This document shows, in pieces, positions 30,333 through 40,245 of a DNA stretch of 64,000 nucleotides (the stretch's first letter is position 1; each line of letters starts with the position of its first letter). Below the pieces are notes generated by a model. The model did not search any database and had not been told where the DNA came from. It worked only from the letters and a program-made list of their open reading frames with translations. The translations under genes and the position numbers were made by a program. Origin of the DNA: Vulcanimicrobiota bacterium (GTDB taxonomy: Bacteria; Vulcanimicrobiota; Vulcanimicrobiia; Vulcanimicrobiales; Vulcanimicrobiaceae); assembly GCA_963723515.1 (NCBI GenBank), contig CAVRQT010000002.1:512001-576000 (forward strand), given 5' to 3'.

Positions 30333-31544
30333 TTGTTTAAGCGGCTGTTCCCGATTCTCGGGATCACGTTCATCGACATCGTGGGATTCAGCATTATGGT
30401 CCCGCTGCTTCCGTACTTTGCAAAGCATTTCCGAGTCTCTGACTTTACGGTCGGCGTACTGTTCTCGACATTTGCCCTCTGCGGTCTGATCGCCGGACCA
30501 ATTTGGGGAAATATTTCCGATCGCATCGGGCGCAAAGGCGTCCTGATCATCAGTCAAATCGGCGCGACGATCGGATGGGTCATCCTCGCCTTTGCGCCAA
30601 CAATCACGATCGTTTTCATCGCGCGCATCATCGAGGGACTTTCGGGCGGCAACATCGGCGTGACGCAGGCGTACGCCACCGATCTCGTCGATTCGAAAGA
30701 GCGGACACGCGCGTACTCATATATTGCCGCCGCTTTCAGTGCAGGATTCACGCTGGGTCCGGCTATCGGCGGCTTGGTGAACGGACGCCTCGGCTTTGCG
30801 GCTACATTTTTGCTGGCGGCGGCACTTCAGCTGCTGACATTGATTCTCACGATAACGATGCTTCCTGAATCGACGAGCCGTCAGAACCGCGAGGATGTTG
30901 CCTCGTTCAACGAGATCGTTTCCAATCTCAAAGATAAGCGAACCGCTCCCGTGCTTTGGCAAAAACTGGCAATCTCGCTCGGGCTCTACGCGTGGTTCGC
31001 GGTGTTCGCGCTGTACCTGCAGTCGGCGCTCGGCTTTTCGGCATCGCAAACGATGTTCATGTTCGCGGGATATGGCGTCTTCAACACGCTGCTGCAAGTA
31101 TTGCTCGTCGGCAAACTGTCCGACGCCCTTGGAGATCGCCGGACGTCAAATCTGGGCCTTGCGATCCTGGTCGTTGCTTTTGCGCTCATCCCCTTCGTCC
31201 ATACGTTCTGGGGCGTCGTCGTCGCTTTTGCGCTCTTCGGAATCGGGATGTGTCTGACGCAACCGACGATCACGTCGCTATTAAGTCATGCCGCTCCCGC
31301 AAACCAACGCGGCACGATCCTCAGCGTGGCTTCGAGTTTAGACAGTTTTTCCGGCGTCGTGACGCCGATGGCTTCAACGGCCGTTCTCGGACGCTTTGGA
31401 TCGCCGTTTGCAGGCATCGTTTCGATGTGCTTCGAGCTGATCGCATTCGTGCTCGGCCTTTTTTCGACGAAACGAGAGCGGCGGCAAGAAAAAAGCGACG
31501 TCGCGGCAACGTCGCTTTCTGAAGAAAAGCTCGTAGGGGTCTAA
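30333..31544 (+). CDS. MFS transporter (DHA1-like)
   Basis: GNISDRIGRK, ARIIEG and LPES; 12-TM pattern. Confidence 0.92.
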   Translation: MFKRLFPILGITFIDIVGFSIMVPLLPYFAKHFRVSDFTVGVLFSTFALCGLIAGPIWGNISDRIGRKGVLIISQIGATIGWVILAFAPTITIVFIARIIEGLSGGNIGVTQAYATDLVDSKERTRAYSYIAAAFSAGFTLGPAIGGLVNGRLGFAATFLLAAALQLLTLILTITMLPESTSRQNREDVASFNEIVSNLKDKRTAPVLWQKLAISLGLYAWFAVFALYLQSALGFSASQTMFMFAGYGVFNTLLQVLLVGKLSDALGDRRTSNLGLAILVVAFALIPFVHTFWGVVVAFALFGIGMCLTQPTITSLLSHAAPANQRGTILSVASSLDSFSGVVTPMASTAVLGRFGSPFAGIVSMCFELIAFVLGLFSTKRERRQEKSDVAATSLSEEKLVGV

Positions 31545-32383
31545 GCGGCTTTTCGTTTCCTTCGCGCAGCCGCCGCTTTCTTTGCGGAAGTGGCCGCAGG
31601 CGCACGATGTTTCTTCGTCTCCTCCAAACTCTGCTGAAGCACGTCCATAAGGTTGACGACCTTGGCGCGCGGCGCGGGTTTCGCCGCCTTGGGTAGCTCT
31701 TTGCCGGCGGCACGCGCTTCAATCATCGCCATCAACTCGTCGTGATACTTGTTTTCAAAGTTCTCGGGCTCGAATTTGCGCGCCGACATCGTGTCGATCA
31801 GCATCTTCGCCATCTTCAACTCTGCCGGCGGCATCTTCTCGGCTTTCGGGAAATCGTACGTGTCGGCCGGGACAATCTCGTCCGCCCAATTCATCAGTTC
31901 GAGCACGAGCGCATCGCCGATCGGCTTAACGGCGGCGATATGCTCCTTGGTCCGAATGACGACGCGCGCGATGGCGACTTTGTTTGCGTTGTTCAGCGAC
32001 TCGCGCAGCAGTGCGTACGCGTGGCGCCCTTTCTTCTCCGGCTCCAAGTAATACGGCTTGTCGAAGAACATCGGGCTGATCTGGTCAAGGTCGACGAATT
32101 CAACGATGTCAACGGATTGCGTCGCCTCAACATTGACGCGCTTGAAGTCCTCATCCGTCAGAATGACATACTGGCCTTTTTCGTACTCGTAGCCCTTGAC
32201 GATCTCGTCCCACGGAACGGGTTTCCCATCAACGGAGCAGACGCGCTCGTATTTGATCCGCCCTTCGTCCTTCTTGTGCAAGAGATTGAAAGCCAAGTCG
32301 TTGGCGCGAATCGCGGTAAAGAGTTTGACCGGAATGGTAACGAGACCAAAATTGATCGCCCCGGTCCAGATTGCATGAGCCAT
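31541..32383 (-). CDS. ku: NHEJ Ku protein
   Basis: AIWTGAINFGLVTIPVKL, KGYEYEKG, PYYL and VVNLMDVLQQSL, basic tail; start ATG 32383. Confidence 0.97.
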   Translation of the reverse strand: MAHAIWTGAINFGLVTIPVKLFTAIRANDLAFNLLHKKDEGRIKYERVCSVDGKPVPWDEIVKGYEYEKGQYVILTDEDFKRVNVEATQSVDIVEFVDLDQISPMFFDKPYYLEPEKKGRHAYALLRESLNNANKVAIARVVIRTKEHIAAVKPIGDALVLELMNWADEIVPADTYDFPKAEKMPPAELKMAKMLIDTMSARKFEPENFENKYHDELMAMIEARAAGKELPKAAKPAPRAKVVNLMDVLQQSLEETKKHRAPAATSAKKAAAARRKRKAA

Positions 32384-32401
32384 TTCCCTAATCGTTCTCC
32401 T

Positions 32402-32470
32402 CTTTGATTGCGTTGCGCTTCGCGCTTTGATTGCGTTGCACTTCCCGCTTTGGTTGCGTTGCACTTCCCG
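32402..32470. repeat. 3 x 23-bp tandem repeat immediately upstream of ku
   Basis: CTTTGATTGCGTTGCGCTTCGCG / CTTTGATTGCGTTGCACTTCCCG / CTTTGGTTGCGTTGCACTTCCCG. Confidence 0.92.
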
Positions 32471-32540
32471 CAACGCTTGGCGTTCCGGCTCGCTTCCGCC
32501 ACGATGCGGCGGAAACTCACCTTCACCGCCCCCGCCCAAG

Positions 32541-32557
32541 CACTGAGCTCGTCGAAG
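32541..32557 (-). repeat. partial REP-like core
   Basis: CTTCGACGAGCTCAGTG matches the CTTCGACAAGCTCAG core. Confidence 0.55.
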
Positions 32558-32579
32558 TATCGCGGGCGGGCCCCCGGCC

Positions 32580-33536
32580 TTAGCGCCAGAGTTTTTGCGC
32601 CCGCTTAATCGCGGGCTCGAGCCGTGCTTCTTTCCAGCGTTTTGCGGCCCAGAGGTCGCCTTCCCGTTGGAGACGGCTCAACGCGTTCTTCATCGTCCAT
32701 CGCGTGAACTCGTCTGCCGGGTTCGGGTTGCGCTTTCGCGCGAACGTCTCGACCTCGCTCCAATCCAGCGGCATCGAGACCGGCGCTTTAGCGCGCGCGC
32801 GTACCGAAAACGGCGGCACTACAGTCTTTCCCCGACCTACCTGAACGTAATCCAAATACACGGTGCCTTTTGGGCGGCGTGAGATCGTGCGCTCGAACGT
32901 CGTCTCTTTTGGGCATGCCGCATACACGCGTCGCGCAACAATCTCGCCGAATTGCTTGATCGAATCGTAACTGTACACCGGTTTGAGCGGCACGACAACA
33001 TGAATTCCCGAACCGCCGGAGGTTTTCACAAGCGGCTGGAGGCCGATCTGCGCTAACGTATCGCGCAATTGCAGAGCGACGGCAGCGAGCGTTTTGAGCG
33101 TGCATTCAAATGGATCGAGATCGAAGAGCGCATAGTCCGGTGAATCGAGCGTCTCGATTCGCGAATACCAAACATGCAACACGATCGAAGCGAGGTTGGC
33201 GCAGAAGACAAGCGTCGGCTCATCGTTGCAAATGATGTAGTCGATCTCTGGCGTCTTGCTCTTGAAAGGCGCATCGATTCGAACCGTCTCAACCCACGAT
33301 GGCGTGAACTTCGGCGCCTGCTTCTCGAAGAACGACGGTCCATCGATTCCGTCGGGAAACCGCTGTAGCGTCAACGGCCGATCTTCTAGGTGCGGAAGTA
33401 GCCACGGCGCGACGCTATCGTAGTACCGAATCAGATCGCCTTTCGTGTATCCGTCTTGCGGCCAAAGCACTTTATCGAGATTGGAAAGCTTCGGCTTATG
33501 CGAGCTGGTCGACGTCCGGCTGTTGGTACGCGGCAC
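32580..33536 (-). CDS. ligD: LigD polymerase (primase-polymerase) domain protein
   Basis: NLDKVLWP..YTKGDL, RFPDG, DLDP, KTSGGSGIH and PFSVRAR. Confidence 0.95.
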   Translation of the reverse strand: MPRTNSRTSTSSHKPKLSNLDKVLWPQDGYTKGDLIRYYDSVAPWLLPHLEDRPLTLQRFPDGIDGPSFFEKQAPKFTPSWVETVRIDAPFKSKTPEIDYIICNDEPTLVFCANLASIVLHVWYSRIETLDSPDYALFDLDPFECTLKTLAAVALQLRDTLAQIGLQPLVKTSGGSGIHVVVPLKPVYSYDSIKQFGEIVARRVYAACPKETTFERTISRRPKGTVYLDYVQVGRGKTVVPPFSVRARAKAPVSMPLDWSEVETFARKRNPNPADEFTRWTMKNALSRLQREGDLWAAKRWKEARLEPAIKRAQKLWR

Positions 33537-33546
33537 TTGATGCTCT

Positions 33547-35205
33547 TTAGGCGATGCGATCGGTGTCGAGCGCGACCTCACGTCTGCAGCCCTTCGGATC
33601 CTTATCCACTCGCAAACCGAGGAACGCGGGATGGCGCATGAGGCCGTCGCGCGTCCATTCGGTAAAGCGGACCTGCGCAACGAGTTGCGGCTTGACCCAA
33701 TGCGCCGGCGTATTTGCCTGAACGGGGCCGGCAAAGGGCGACTTTTTGATCTCGATCGCGCAGAGCTTCCGGTACAGTTCCGCTAATGTCTTCTCATCGA
33801 ATCCGGTCCCCACGTGACCGGCATATTCCAGTTTGTCCTTGTCGTACAGACCAAGGAGCAGGGATCCAAAACCTGTGCGACTGCCGCGCGGTTCCGTGTA
33901 GCCGCCGATCACGCATTCCTGCACCAGCTGCGCTTTGATCTTGACCCAATCTTTGCTGCGCCGTTCTTGATAGACTGAGTCCCGTTTCTTGCCGATGATG
34001 CCTTCGAGTTGCTGCCGTTGTGCTTGTTCGAAAAGCGCGCAGCCGTTCTCCACCACATGTTTGGAGTACATCACCTTTGATGGATCTGCGATCAGCCGTT
34101 CGAGAATCGTCTTGCGCTCTCCGAGCGGCTCGCGGCGCAGATCTTTCCCGTCGGCATAGAGACAATCGAAGGCGACGAACGTGAGCGGATACTGATGTGC
34201 TGAAGCACTGCGCGCACTCGGCCGATACCGATTGAAACTCCCCTGCAGCCGCTGAAACGAGGAGCGGCCTTTGGAGTCCAAACTGACGATCTCGCCGTCA
34301 ACCAAGATGGGCACGCTTGCAAATGCACCGGCAAGGTCGGCGAGTTCCCCAAACTGTTCGAGGAAATCGAGCCCGTTGCGCGATGTCAGCGAGACGTTGC
34401 CGCGCCCGTCAACCCTGCAGAGTGCGCGGTAGCCGTCCCATTTAATTTCGAAGAGCCAATCCGGATCGTCGAACGGTTCGTCGACAAGCGTCGCGAGCAT
34501 TGGGTGCGTCACGTTGGGCATGCGATCGATCCGAACGTTTGGCTTTTTCTTGGTTCCTGCTTCCGGCGATTTGCGATTTGAGATCCACGTCTTAGCTTTC
34601 TTGTCGGATGCGATCTCTTTGAGCGTCCTGCCGCTCTTGACCGACTTGTCGTCGCGCTCGATATTGTATTTTGGATTGACGTACTGATCTTTATCTTTGA
34701 TCAGCAGCCACGGATCGCCGGATTCCTCGCGGCTCCGTATCCGCACCAACGTGAATTCGCCATTGATCTTTTTGCCGTGCAGAACGAACTTGATCTTGCC
34801 ACGTCCTATTTCGCGCGCCGGATCGGTCCCTTCCGCCAAATTGTACGTGCCGTTATCCCAAACGATCACTTCGCCGGCGCCATAATTTCCCGCCGGAATC
34901 ACGCCTTCGAAATCACGATAGTCCAGCGGATGGTCCTCGACGTGCATCGCGAGACGACGATCCGTCGGATTGAGCGACGGTCCTTTCGGAATCGCCCACG
35001 ACTTCAAGACACCGTCGGCCTCGAGCCGAAAATCGTAATGCAATCGTGTCGCGTCGTGCTTCTGAATGACGAAACGCAGCCGGGGTGAACGTTGGCTCGC
35101 CTTTTTGCCGGCCGGCTCCGGCGTGGCCTTAAAATCCCGTTTGGCGGCATATCGCTTAAGCGAGCCGCTCTCGCGCGCGGAAGATTTCTTCTTGCGTTGG
35201 GCCAT
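33547..35205 (-). CDS. ligD: LigD phosphoesterase plus ATP-dependent ligase
   Basis: FVIQKHDATRLHYDFRLE, FEIKWDGYR, EGIIGK, WVKIK and RHPAFLGLR. Confidence 0.96.
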   Translation of the reverse strand: MAQRKKKSSARESGSLKRYAAKRDFKATPEPAGKKASQRSPRLRFVIQKHDATRLHYDFRLEADGVLKSWAIPKGPSLNPTDRRLAMHVEDHPLDYRDFEGVIPAGNYGAGEVIVWDNGTYNLAEGTDPAREIGRGKIKFVLHGKKINGEFTLVRIRSREESGDPWLLIKDKDQYVNPKYNIERDDKSVKSGRTLKEIASDKKAKTWISNRKSPEAGTKKKPNVRIDRMPNVTHPMLATLVDEPFDDPDWLFEIKWDGYRALCRVDGRGNVSLTSRNGLDFLEQFGELADLAGAFASVPILVDGEIVSLDSKGRSSFQRLQGSFNRYRPSARSASAHQYPLTFVAFDCLYADGKDLRREPLGERKTILERLIADPSKVMYSKHVVENGCALFEQAQRQQLEGIIGKKRDSVYQERRSKDWVKIKAQLVQECVIGGYTEPRGSRTGFGSLLLGLYDKDKLEYAGHVGTGFDEKTLAELYRKLCAIEIKKSPFAGPVQANTPAHWVKPQLVAQVRFTEWTRDGLMRHPAFLGLRVDKDPKGCRREVALDTDRIA

Positions 35206-35229
35206 CTTATAAAGAGTTTCGGACGCGAT

Positions 35230-35257
35230 TGCGCCCGCTCCGTGCGGAGCGGGCGCA
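35230..35257. terminator. strong GC hairpin between the small gene and ligD
   Basis: TGCGCCCGCTCCG-TG-CGGAGCGGGCGCA; no U-tract. Confidence 0.55.
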
Positions 35258-35280
35258 CCACGATCGCTCGCGCCGCCTCT

Positions 35281-35439
35281 TTAGAGTCTGGCGCCGCGTC
35301 CCGTCAACAGGTTATAGACGAGCAGGATCACCGCGACAACGATGAGGATGTGGATCAAACTACCACCGAAATGCAATAGAAATCCGGCCAGCCATATGAC
35401 GAACAAGATGACGATGATAGCCCACAGGAGTCCGGCCAT
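35281..35439 (-). CDS. lmo0937/DUF5670-like small membrane protein
   Basis: MAGLLWAIIVILFVIWLAGF...GGSLIHILIVVAVI; AAGGAG SD. Confidence 0.88.
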   Translation of the reverse strand: MAGLLWAIIVILFVIWLAGFLLHFGGSLIHILIVVAVILLVYNLLTGRGARL

Positions 35440-35498
35440 GTTTGCTCCTTTCCCGCGGCGCACGCTCGGCGCCATGGCTTGCTTGGTTGGCAATCTTG

Positions 35499-35524
35499 TT
35501 ACCCAAGCGGCCGTTTTCATAAAC
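35499..35524 (-). promoter_or_regulatory. SigB/SigF-type promoter
   Basis: GTTT-N16-GGGTAA. Confidence 0.75.
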
Positions 35525-35546
35525 GGCCGCTGAGACTCAAAGAGCG

Positions 35547-35777
35547 CTAGGGCTTAGTTCCGGAGGAACCACCACTTGAGCCGCCACTCGTGCCGCCGGA
35601 ATTTCCGCCGGCCGGCGGATTGTTAATGGTCGTTTGGTTCGAGGGATTCGGGTTGCTCGCCGAACCCCTCCATACGAAGAAAGCGATGATGGCAGCAATC
35701 ACGATAACGGCGATGATCCCAATCGTCGCTACTGAGCTCCCGCCTCCGTCGCGGACTACAACTGGGCGATCATCCAT
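35547..35777 (-). CDS. small single-TM protein with Gly/Ser-rich tail
   Basis: 76 aa, AAGGAGGT SD, one hydrophobic helix. Confidence 0.8.
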   Translation of the reverse strand: MDDRPVVVRDGGGSSVATIGIIAVIVIAAIIAFFVWRGSASNPNPSNQTTINNPPAGGNSGGTSGGSSGGSSGTKP

Positions 35778-35815
35778 AACGTATTTAGACCTCCTTTGCG
35801 ATGGTCGGCCTCGTT

Positions 35816-35841
35816 ATACCCGGAGCCGGTAGAGCACAAAC
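35816..35841 (-). promoter_or_regulatory. SigB/SigF-type promoter
   Basis: GTTT-N16-GGGTAT. Confidence 0.78.
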
Positions 35842-35867
35842 TCAGCAAGGGGAAGAAGCAAAGACGC

Positions 35868-37632
35868 GTGAGTTTTCATTTTTCACCTCGGCCGAATCGC
35901 GCGCACGAGATACAGTGGCGGCCGTGGAGTTCCCAAGCGTTTGCCGACGCGCAAGCAGAAGATAAACCGGTTCTCTTGGCGATCTCCGCCGTGTGGTGTC
36001 ACTGGTGCCACGTGATGGACGAAACGACGTATTCGAATCCCGACGTGATGCGCGCGATCAACGAACGTTACATTCCGATACGCGTCGACAACGACCAGCG
36101 CCCCGATGTCAACGCGCGCTACAACATGGGCGGATGGCCGACGACCGCGTTGTTGACACCGAGCGGCATGACGTTGACCGGAGGAACCTACGTTCCCGAA
36201 GGCCAGATGTTGCAGATGCTCGAGCGTGTCGAGCGATTCTACCGCGAACATCGCAGTGAAATCGACGAGCGAATCGGTCAACTGCAGAACCGCGCCGCGG
36301 GCGCAAAGTGCGGGCGAGCTTCGTGATTCGATGGTGACGCGCGTCATCGAGGAGATTTCCGAGGCATACGACGAGCTTTACGGAGGCTTCGGAACGCAGC
36401 CGAAGTTTCCGCAAACCGAACAGCTGGAGCTCCTGCTGGCGGAGTATCGTCTCTTCGGCGATGAGCGACTGCACGAGATCGTCACTAAGACGATGCACGG
36501 GATGTCCAGCGGCGGCATGTATGACCACGTCGAGGGCGGCTTCTTCCGCTACTCGACGACACGCGATTGGAGTGTGCCGCACTTTGAGAAGATGACCGAA
36601 GACCACGCAGGGCTCCTAAGGCTGCTCGCCGTTCTCGTTTTGATCGGAGATTCGCAATTCGAGGCAACGTTGCGCAGCGCGAGCGGATACGTCCTGAACG
36701 TCCTGCGCAATCCGGAAGCGCAATTTTTCGCCGGCAGCCAAGACGCCGATGAGGCATATTATGCGCTTGCGCGAGAAGAGCGTCGTCAAACAGAAGCGCC
36801 CTACGTCGATCGCAGCGTCTACGCAAATTGGAACGCCGCGCTTGCCTCCGCACTCTTTCGCGTCGCCGTCGCTTTGGACGATGAGGGAATCGGTCAAACC
36901 GCCACCGGCGTCGTCGAAGCGCTGCACGATCGCGTGCGCGATCCGGACGGTTTGCTGTACCACTTTCTGGCGCCGCACGGCTCGCCGAACGTGCGTGGCC
37001 TCTTGACCGATCAGACAGCGTACTTGCGCGCGCTTCTGGACGCCTATGAATATACTGGCGATATCAGATTTCTAGAACGCGCGAAGGAGCTTGTCCAAAA
37101 CGTTGACGCCAACTTTCCACATGCAGATGGACCGTATGACGATCATGCAGCTATCGAGGAGCAGCTTGGAAACCTCGTCTTTACCGACCGGCCGCTTCAA
37201 GAGAACGCGATTCTCGCCGACGGTTTGCTTCGGCTTGCGGCACTGACTGCTGACGAATCCTACCGCGCGAAAGCGGCTGCGATTTTGCGAGCCTACGCGC
37301 GCAGCTACGGGCAAGCAGGGAGCTTCGCTGCCGGCTATGTGCGCGCCGTGCGGCGCTTTCTCACGCCGCCGCCCACTCTTGCGATCCTCGCCGCCGAGCC
37401 GGATGCAAGCGTTTTGCGGACCGGCGCGCTGCGAATGAACGAGCCACTCCTTTCGATCTCGACGATCGATCCCGCGAACGAGACGCTCGTGCTTGAACGC
37501 GGATACCGCAAGTCAGCAGTGCCTGCCGCCTACTTCTGCCGCGGCTCCGCGTGTGCGCCACCCGCGAACGATGTCGCGGAGTTGCGTCGCACTGTTTCGG
37601 CGTTCGGAAAGACCGCTGCACTCTCTCAATAA
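35868..37632 (+). CDS. DUF255/YyaL (SPATA20-like) thioredoxin-domain protein (frameshift near 36310)
   Basis: WCHWCHVM, GGWP, GGFG..PKFP, GGFFRYS, PHFEKM and SQDAD. Confidence 0.9.
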
Positions 37633-38777
37633 AGCGGGCGAACGAAGTGGTTCCAATAAATGCAACCCCAAACTCCGACTGCGACCGAGTATGCGATGAG
37701 CATTTTTGACCAGGCCGGCACCGCGCTTCGCGCCGCCATGACCATCAAGACGAATAAGAACGGCACAAAATCCAATGCATGGCGCATTCCGAACTGCGCA
37801 TACCCGTTGACGTAGTACAGGAAGTTAGGGATCGCGGTCAGAGCTGCGGCAACCCACATCGCGAGCACGAGTTGCCTCGGCCTTCGCGCTGCCAATGCTA
37901 GCAGCAGTGCGGGGCTCGTCCACGTCATCGCGATGCCGCCGAAATCCGGCACGACGTACGGAAACTGCGCTTGAAAATGCGGGTAAGCGATGAAAAATGA
38001 TTGGAGCTGGTAGCCGAGATAATGCAGCGCAAACGGCGAACCCACCGGTGAACCGGCGCTGTCCGCGTGGTACCACGTCGTGTACCCGATGTCGGCGAGG
38101 GTTCCCCACCGCGCTTCATTGTAGCCGATCCAAATGATTGCAACGATCAGGAGAACCGCGCAAAAACCGGCGAATCGAAGACGTAGCAAGCGCCGGCCGG
38201 CGTCCGGCTCGTTGATCAACCACGCGTAGATCGGCAGCGCAAGCGCCATCGTAAACCGCGACTCGATCGCGCATGCAGCGAAGAGCGCGACGAGCCAACC
38301 GCGTTTCTTTCCGAACGATTCCAAAAGCGCAAGTAACGTGAATGCGACGGCTGAAACATGCGCGATGAACCAAACGTCTCCGAGCATCGCGCACCACAGC
38401 AAATCGGTGCCCGCGAGCAAGAAGACGCAAAGCCAAAGCGTTGCCGGAAACGATGCACCCAGGCGCTCGCAGATCCGCCAGGCGGCGCCGATTGCGAGAG
38501 CGCCGAGAAGTGCTGCGATCAGCGTTTGATTCGCATGCGTCCCAAAGAGGGCCACCAGCGGCAACACGAGCAGCGCCGGAAACGGCGCCTCAATGACGTA
38601 ATGGCGCCCGTGGTACGCGAGTGCGTCGATGTACTGACCGGGCCAATCGATCCAAACGTGGCCGTGTAAGAATCCTTGCGCGAGCAGAACATAGTTGTTG
38701 TAGGGCGTCGAGCGCAGATGCGAGGTCGCCAAAATCACAACCAACGCCACGGCCCCCGCCGCAAACGTGCGAATCAA
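37626..38777 (-). CDS. polytopic membrane protein, probable GT-C glycosyltransferase
   Basis: Many TM helices; GY.QFG.RH.LD motif; TTG start overlaps the upstream stop. Confidence 0.7.
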   Translation of the reverse strand: MIRTFAAGAVALVVILATSHLRSTPYNNYVLLAQGFLHGHVWIDWPGQYIDALAYHGRHYVIEAPFPALLVLPLVALFGTHANQTLIAALLGALAIGAAWRICERLGASFPATLWLCVFLLAGTDLLWCAMLGDVWFIAHVSAVAFTLLALLESFGKKRGWLVALFAACAIESRFTMALALPIYAWLINEPDAGRRLLRLRFAGFCAVLLIVAIIWIGYNEARWGTLADIGYTTWYHADSAGSPVGSPFALHYLGYQLQSFFIAYPHFQAQFPYVVPDFGGIAMTWTSPALLLALAARRPRQLVLAMWVAAALTAIPNFLYYVNGYAQFGMRHALDFVPFLFVLMVMAARSAVPAWSKMLIAYSVAVGVWGCIYWNHFVRPLY

Positions 38778-40240
38778 GAGCGCTTCACGATGCGGTAGAG
38801 CGGCGGATAAAAGCGCGTTACTTGCTGAAGACGATACCCGTGCGGAAGCTCTCCCCACGGCAAATAGACCACGTACACCGGCCCTCTCTTCACCCAAGCC
38901 GGAACGTGATCCACATCGTCGGAAAGCCACGCCGCATCGACGATGCGGCTGCCGAAATTGTGTTCCACATACGCTGCGTACGCGAGCGGCGTCGCGTAAG
39001 CCCAAGGAGCAATGATGACCGCGTTCGGCGACGTGTGCGACCGAATGAAAGACAGATAACCGCTCGCGCCGGGATCAAAACGTTGCGCCATCAGATCACG
39101 ATGGAGATACCATTGCGCCGCAACGAGCAGTGCGCCGGCTGCGAGAACGGCGACGCGAACGCGCGGCCACCGCACGATCGCTTCGTTCAGCGCGATCCCC
39201 ATCAGCACGGCGCTGGTAACGAAGGCTGCGAGAAAGTACCGCTCGACATCGGCTTCCGGGGGGTAGCCAAGCGCAAAGGGTACGCAGGTCATTCCCGCCA
39301 CGATGAAGCCGGCCGCGCGCAACCGCTGCGCGCGGATGAAGAAGATCGCGCCGGCAACGATCAACCAGACGCCGGCAACCGTGAAGTTTTCGACCGTTGC
39401 GCGCACGTAGCGCAGCCCATCCCGAAGGTATGTTTCCGGAAGGAAGATCGCCGCAATGCCCGAGCCGACAGGAAACTCGCTCCCCGAAACAAGGGCGAGA
39501 AAACCGCGCTTTTCGCTCGGGTGATCGTAATCCCAAAACGGCCGGCCGGGCGCAATGCCAAGCGTCAGCGTCGGATCGCTTCTTTGCGCGTACACTTGCG
39601 CGCTACGAATCGGCAAGTAAGCGTAAAATGCGCAGACGATTAACGCGCAAATAGCCGCCGCCTTCGCGAGCTGAACGGCCGAAACGGATTCCCAGCGCGA
39701 GAGCAGGATGATCAACAGTCCGATGGCGGCGAGCGCCGCAATCGGGTGCGTTGCGATTCCGCACGCCCACGCTGCCGCGCCGCCGTAGAACCAACGGCGA
39801 TCCAGCGTCGCCGACCACCGCATCGCGCACCATAGCGTGAGCGCGACAAAGAGAACGGCCAGAGCGTGTACTTCAGCCCGCGTTCCGCGTACCCACGCGA
39901 GGCCTGTAAACCCGAAGCTGAGTGCTGAAATCAGCGCGAGCGCCGCATCTTGGGTTTCATCGTGAACGATTCGGTAGGTGACCCAACATGTCAACGCCAT
40001 CGCGGATGCACAAAACAGTGTCGTCCGCCACGCGATCGTTCCGAACGCAAAGATATGCGTGAAGAGCCACCCGAGGAGTACGAATGCCGGAAAACCGGTC
40101 GGATGCGCGATGCCGAGGATATACGGCACGGTCTGCATCTCCCCGACATCCCAATAGCCGACCTCGCGCTGCATCGAAAAGACATACATCGCAAACGGCA
40201 ATAGGAACGCTACGCATCCGAGCGCTCCGCGGAGTCGCAC
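38774..40240 (-). CDS. DUF2723/TMEM260-like protein O-mannosyltransferase
   Basis: WDVGEMQ, LGIAHPTGFP, AEVHAL and YAYLPIRS. Confidence 0.85.
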   Translation of the reverse strand: MRLRGALGCVAFLLPFAMYVFSMQREVGYWDVGEMQTVPYILGIAHPTGFPAFVLLGWLFTHIFAFGTIAWRTTLFCASAMALTCWVTYRIVHDETQDAALALISALSFGFTGLAWVRGTRAEVHALAVLFVALTLWCAMRWSATLDRRWFYGGAAAWACGIATHPIAALAAIGLLIILLSRWESVSAVQLAKAAAICALIVCAFYAYLPIRSAQVYAQRSDPTLTLGIAPGRPFWDYDHPSEKRGFLALVSGSEFPVGSGIAAIFLPETYLRDGLRYVRATVENFTVAGVWLIVAGAIFFIRAQRLRAAGFIVAGMTCVPFALGYPPEADVERYFLAAFVTSAVLMGIALNEAIVRWPRVRVAVLAAGALLVAAQWYLHRDLMAQRFDPGASGYLSFIRSHTSPNAVIIAPWAYATPLAYAAYVEHNFGSRIVDAAWLSDDVDHVPAWVKRGPVYVVYLPWGELPHGYRLQQVTRFYPPLYRIVKRS

Positions 40241-40245
40241 TTTGC

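Noticed and set aside
32402..32470. Tandem repeat as a CRISPR or guide-RNA array
   Set aside because: No unique spacers between the repeats and no cas-like gene in the window
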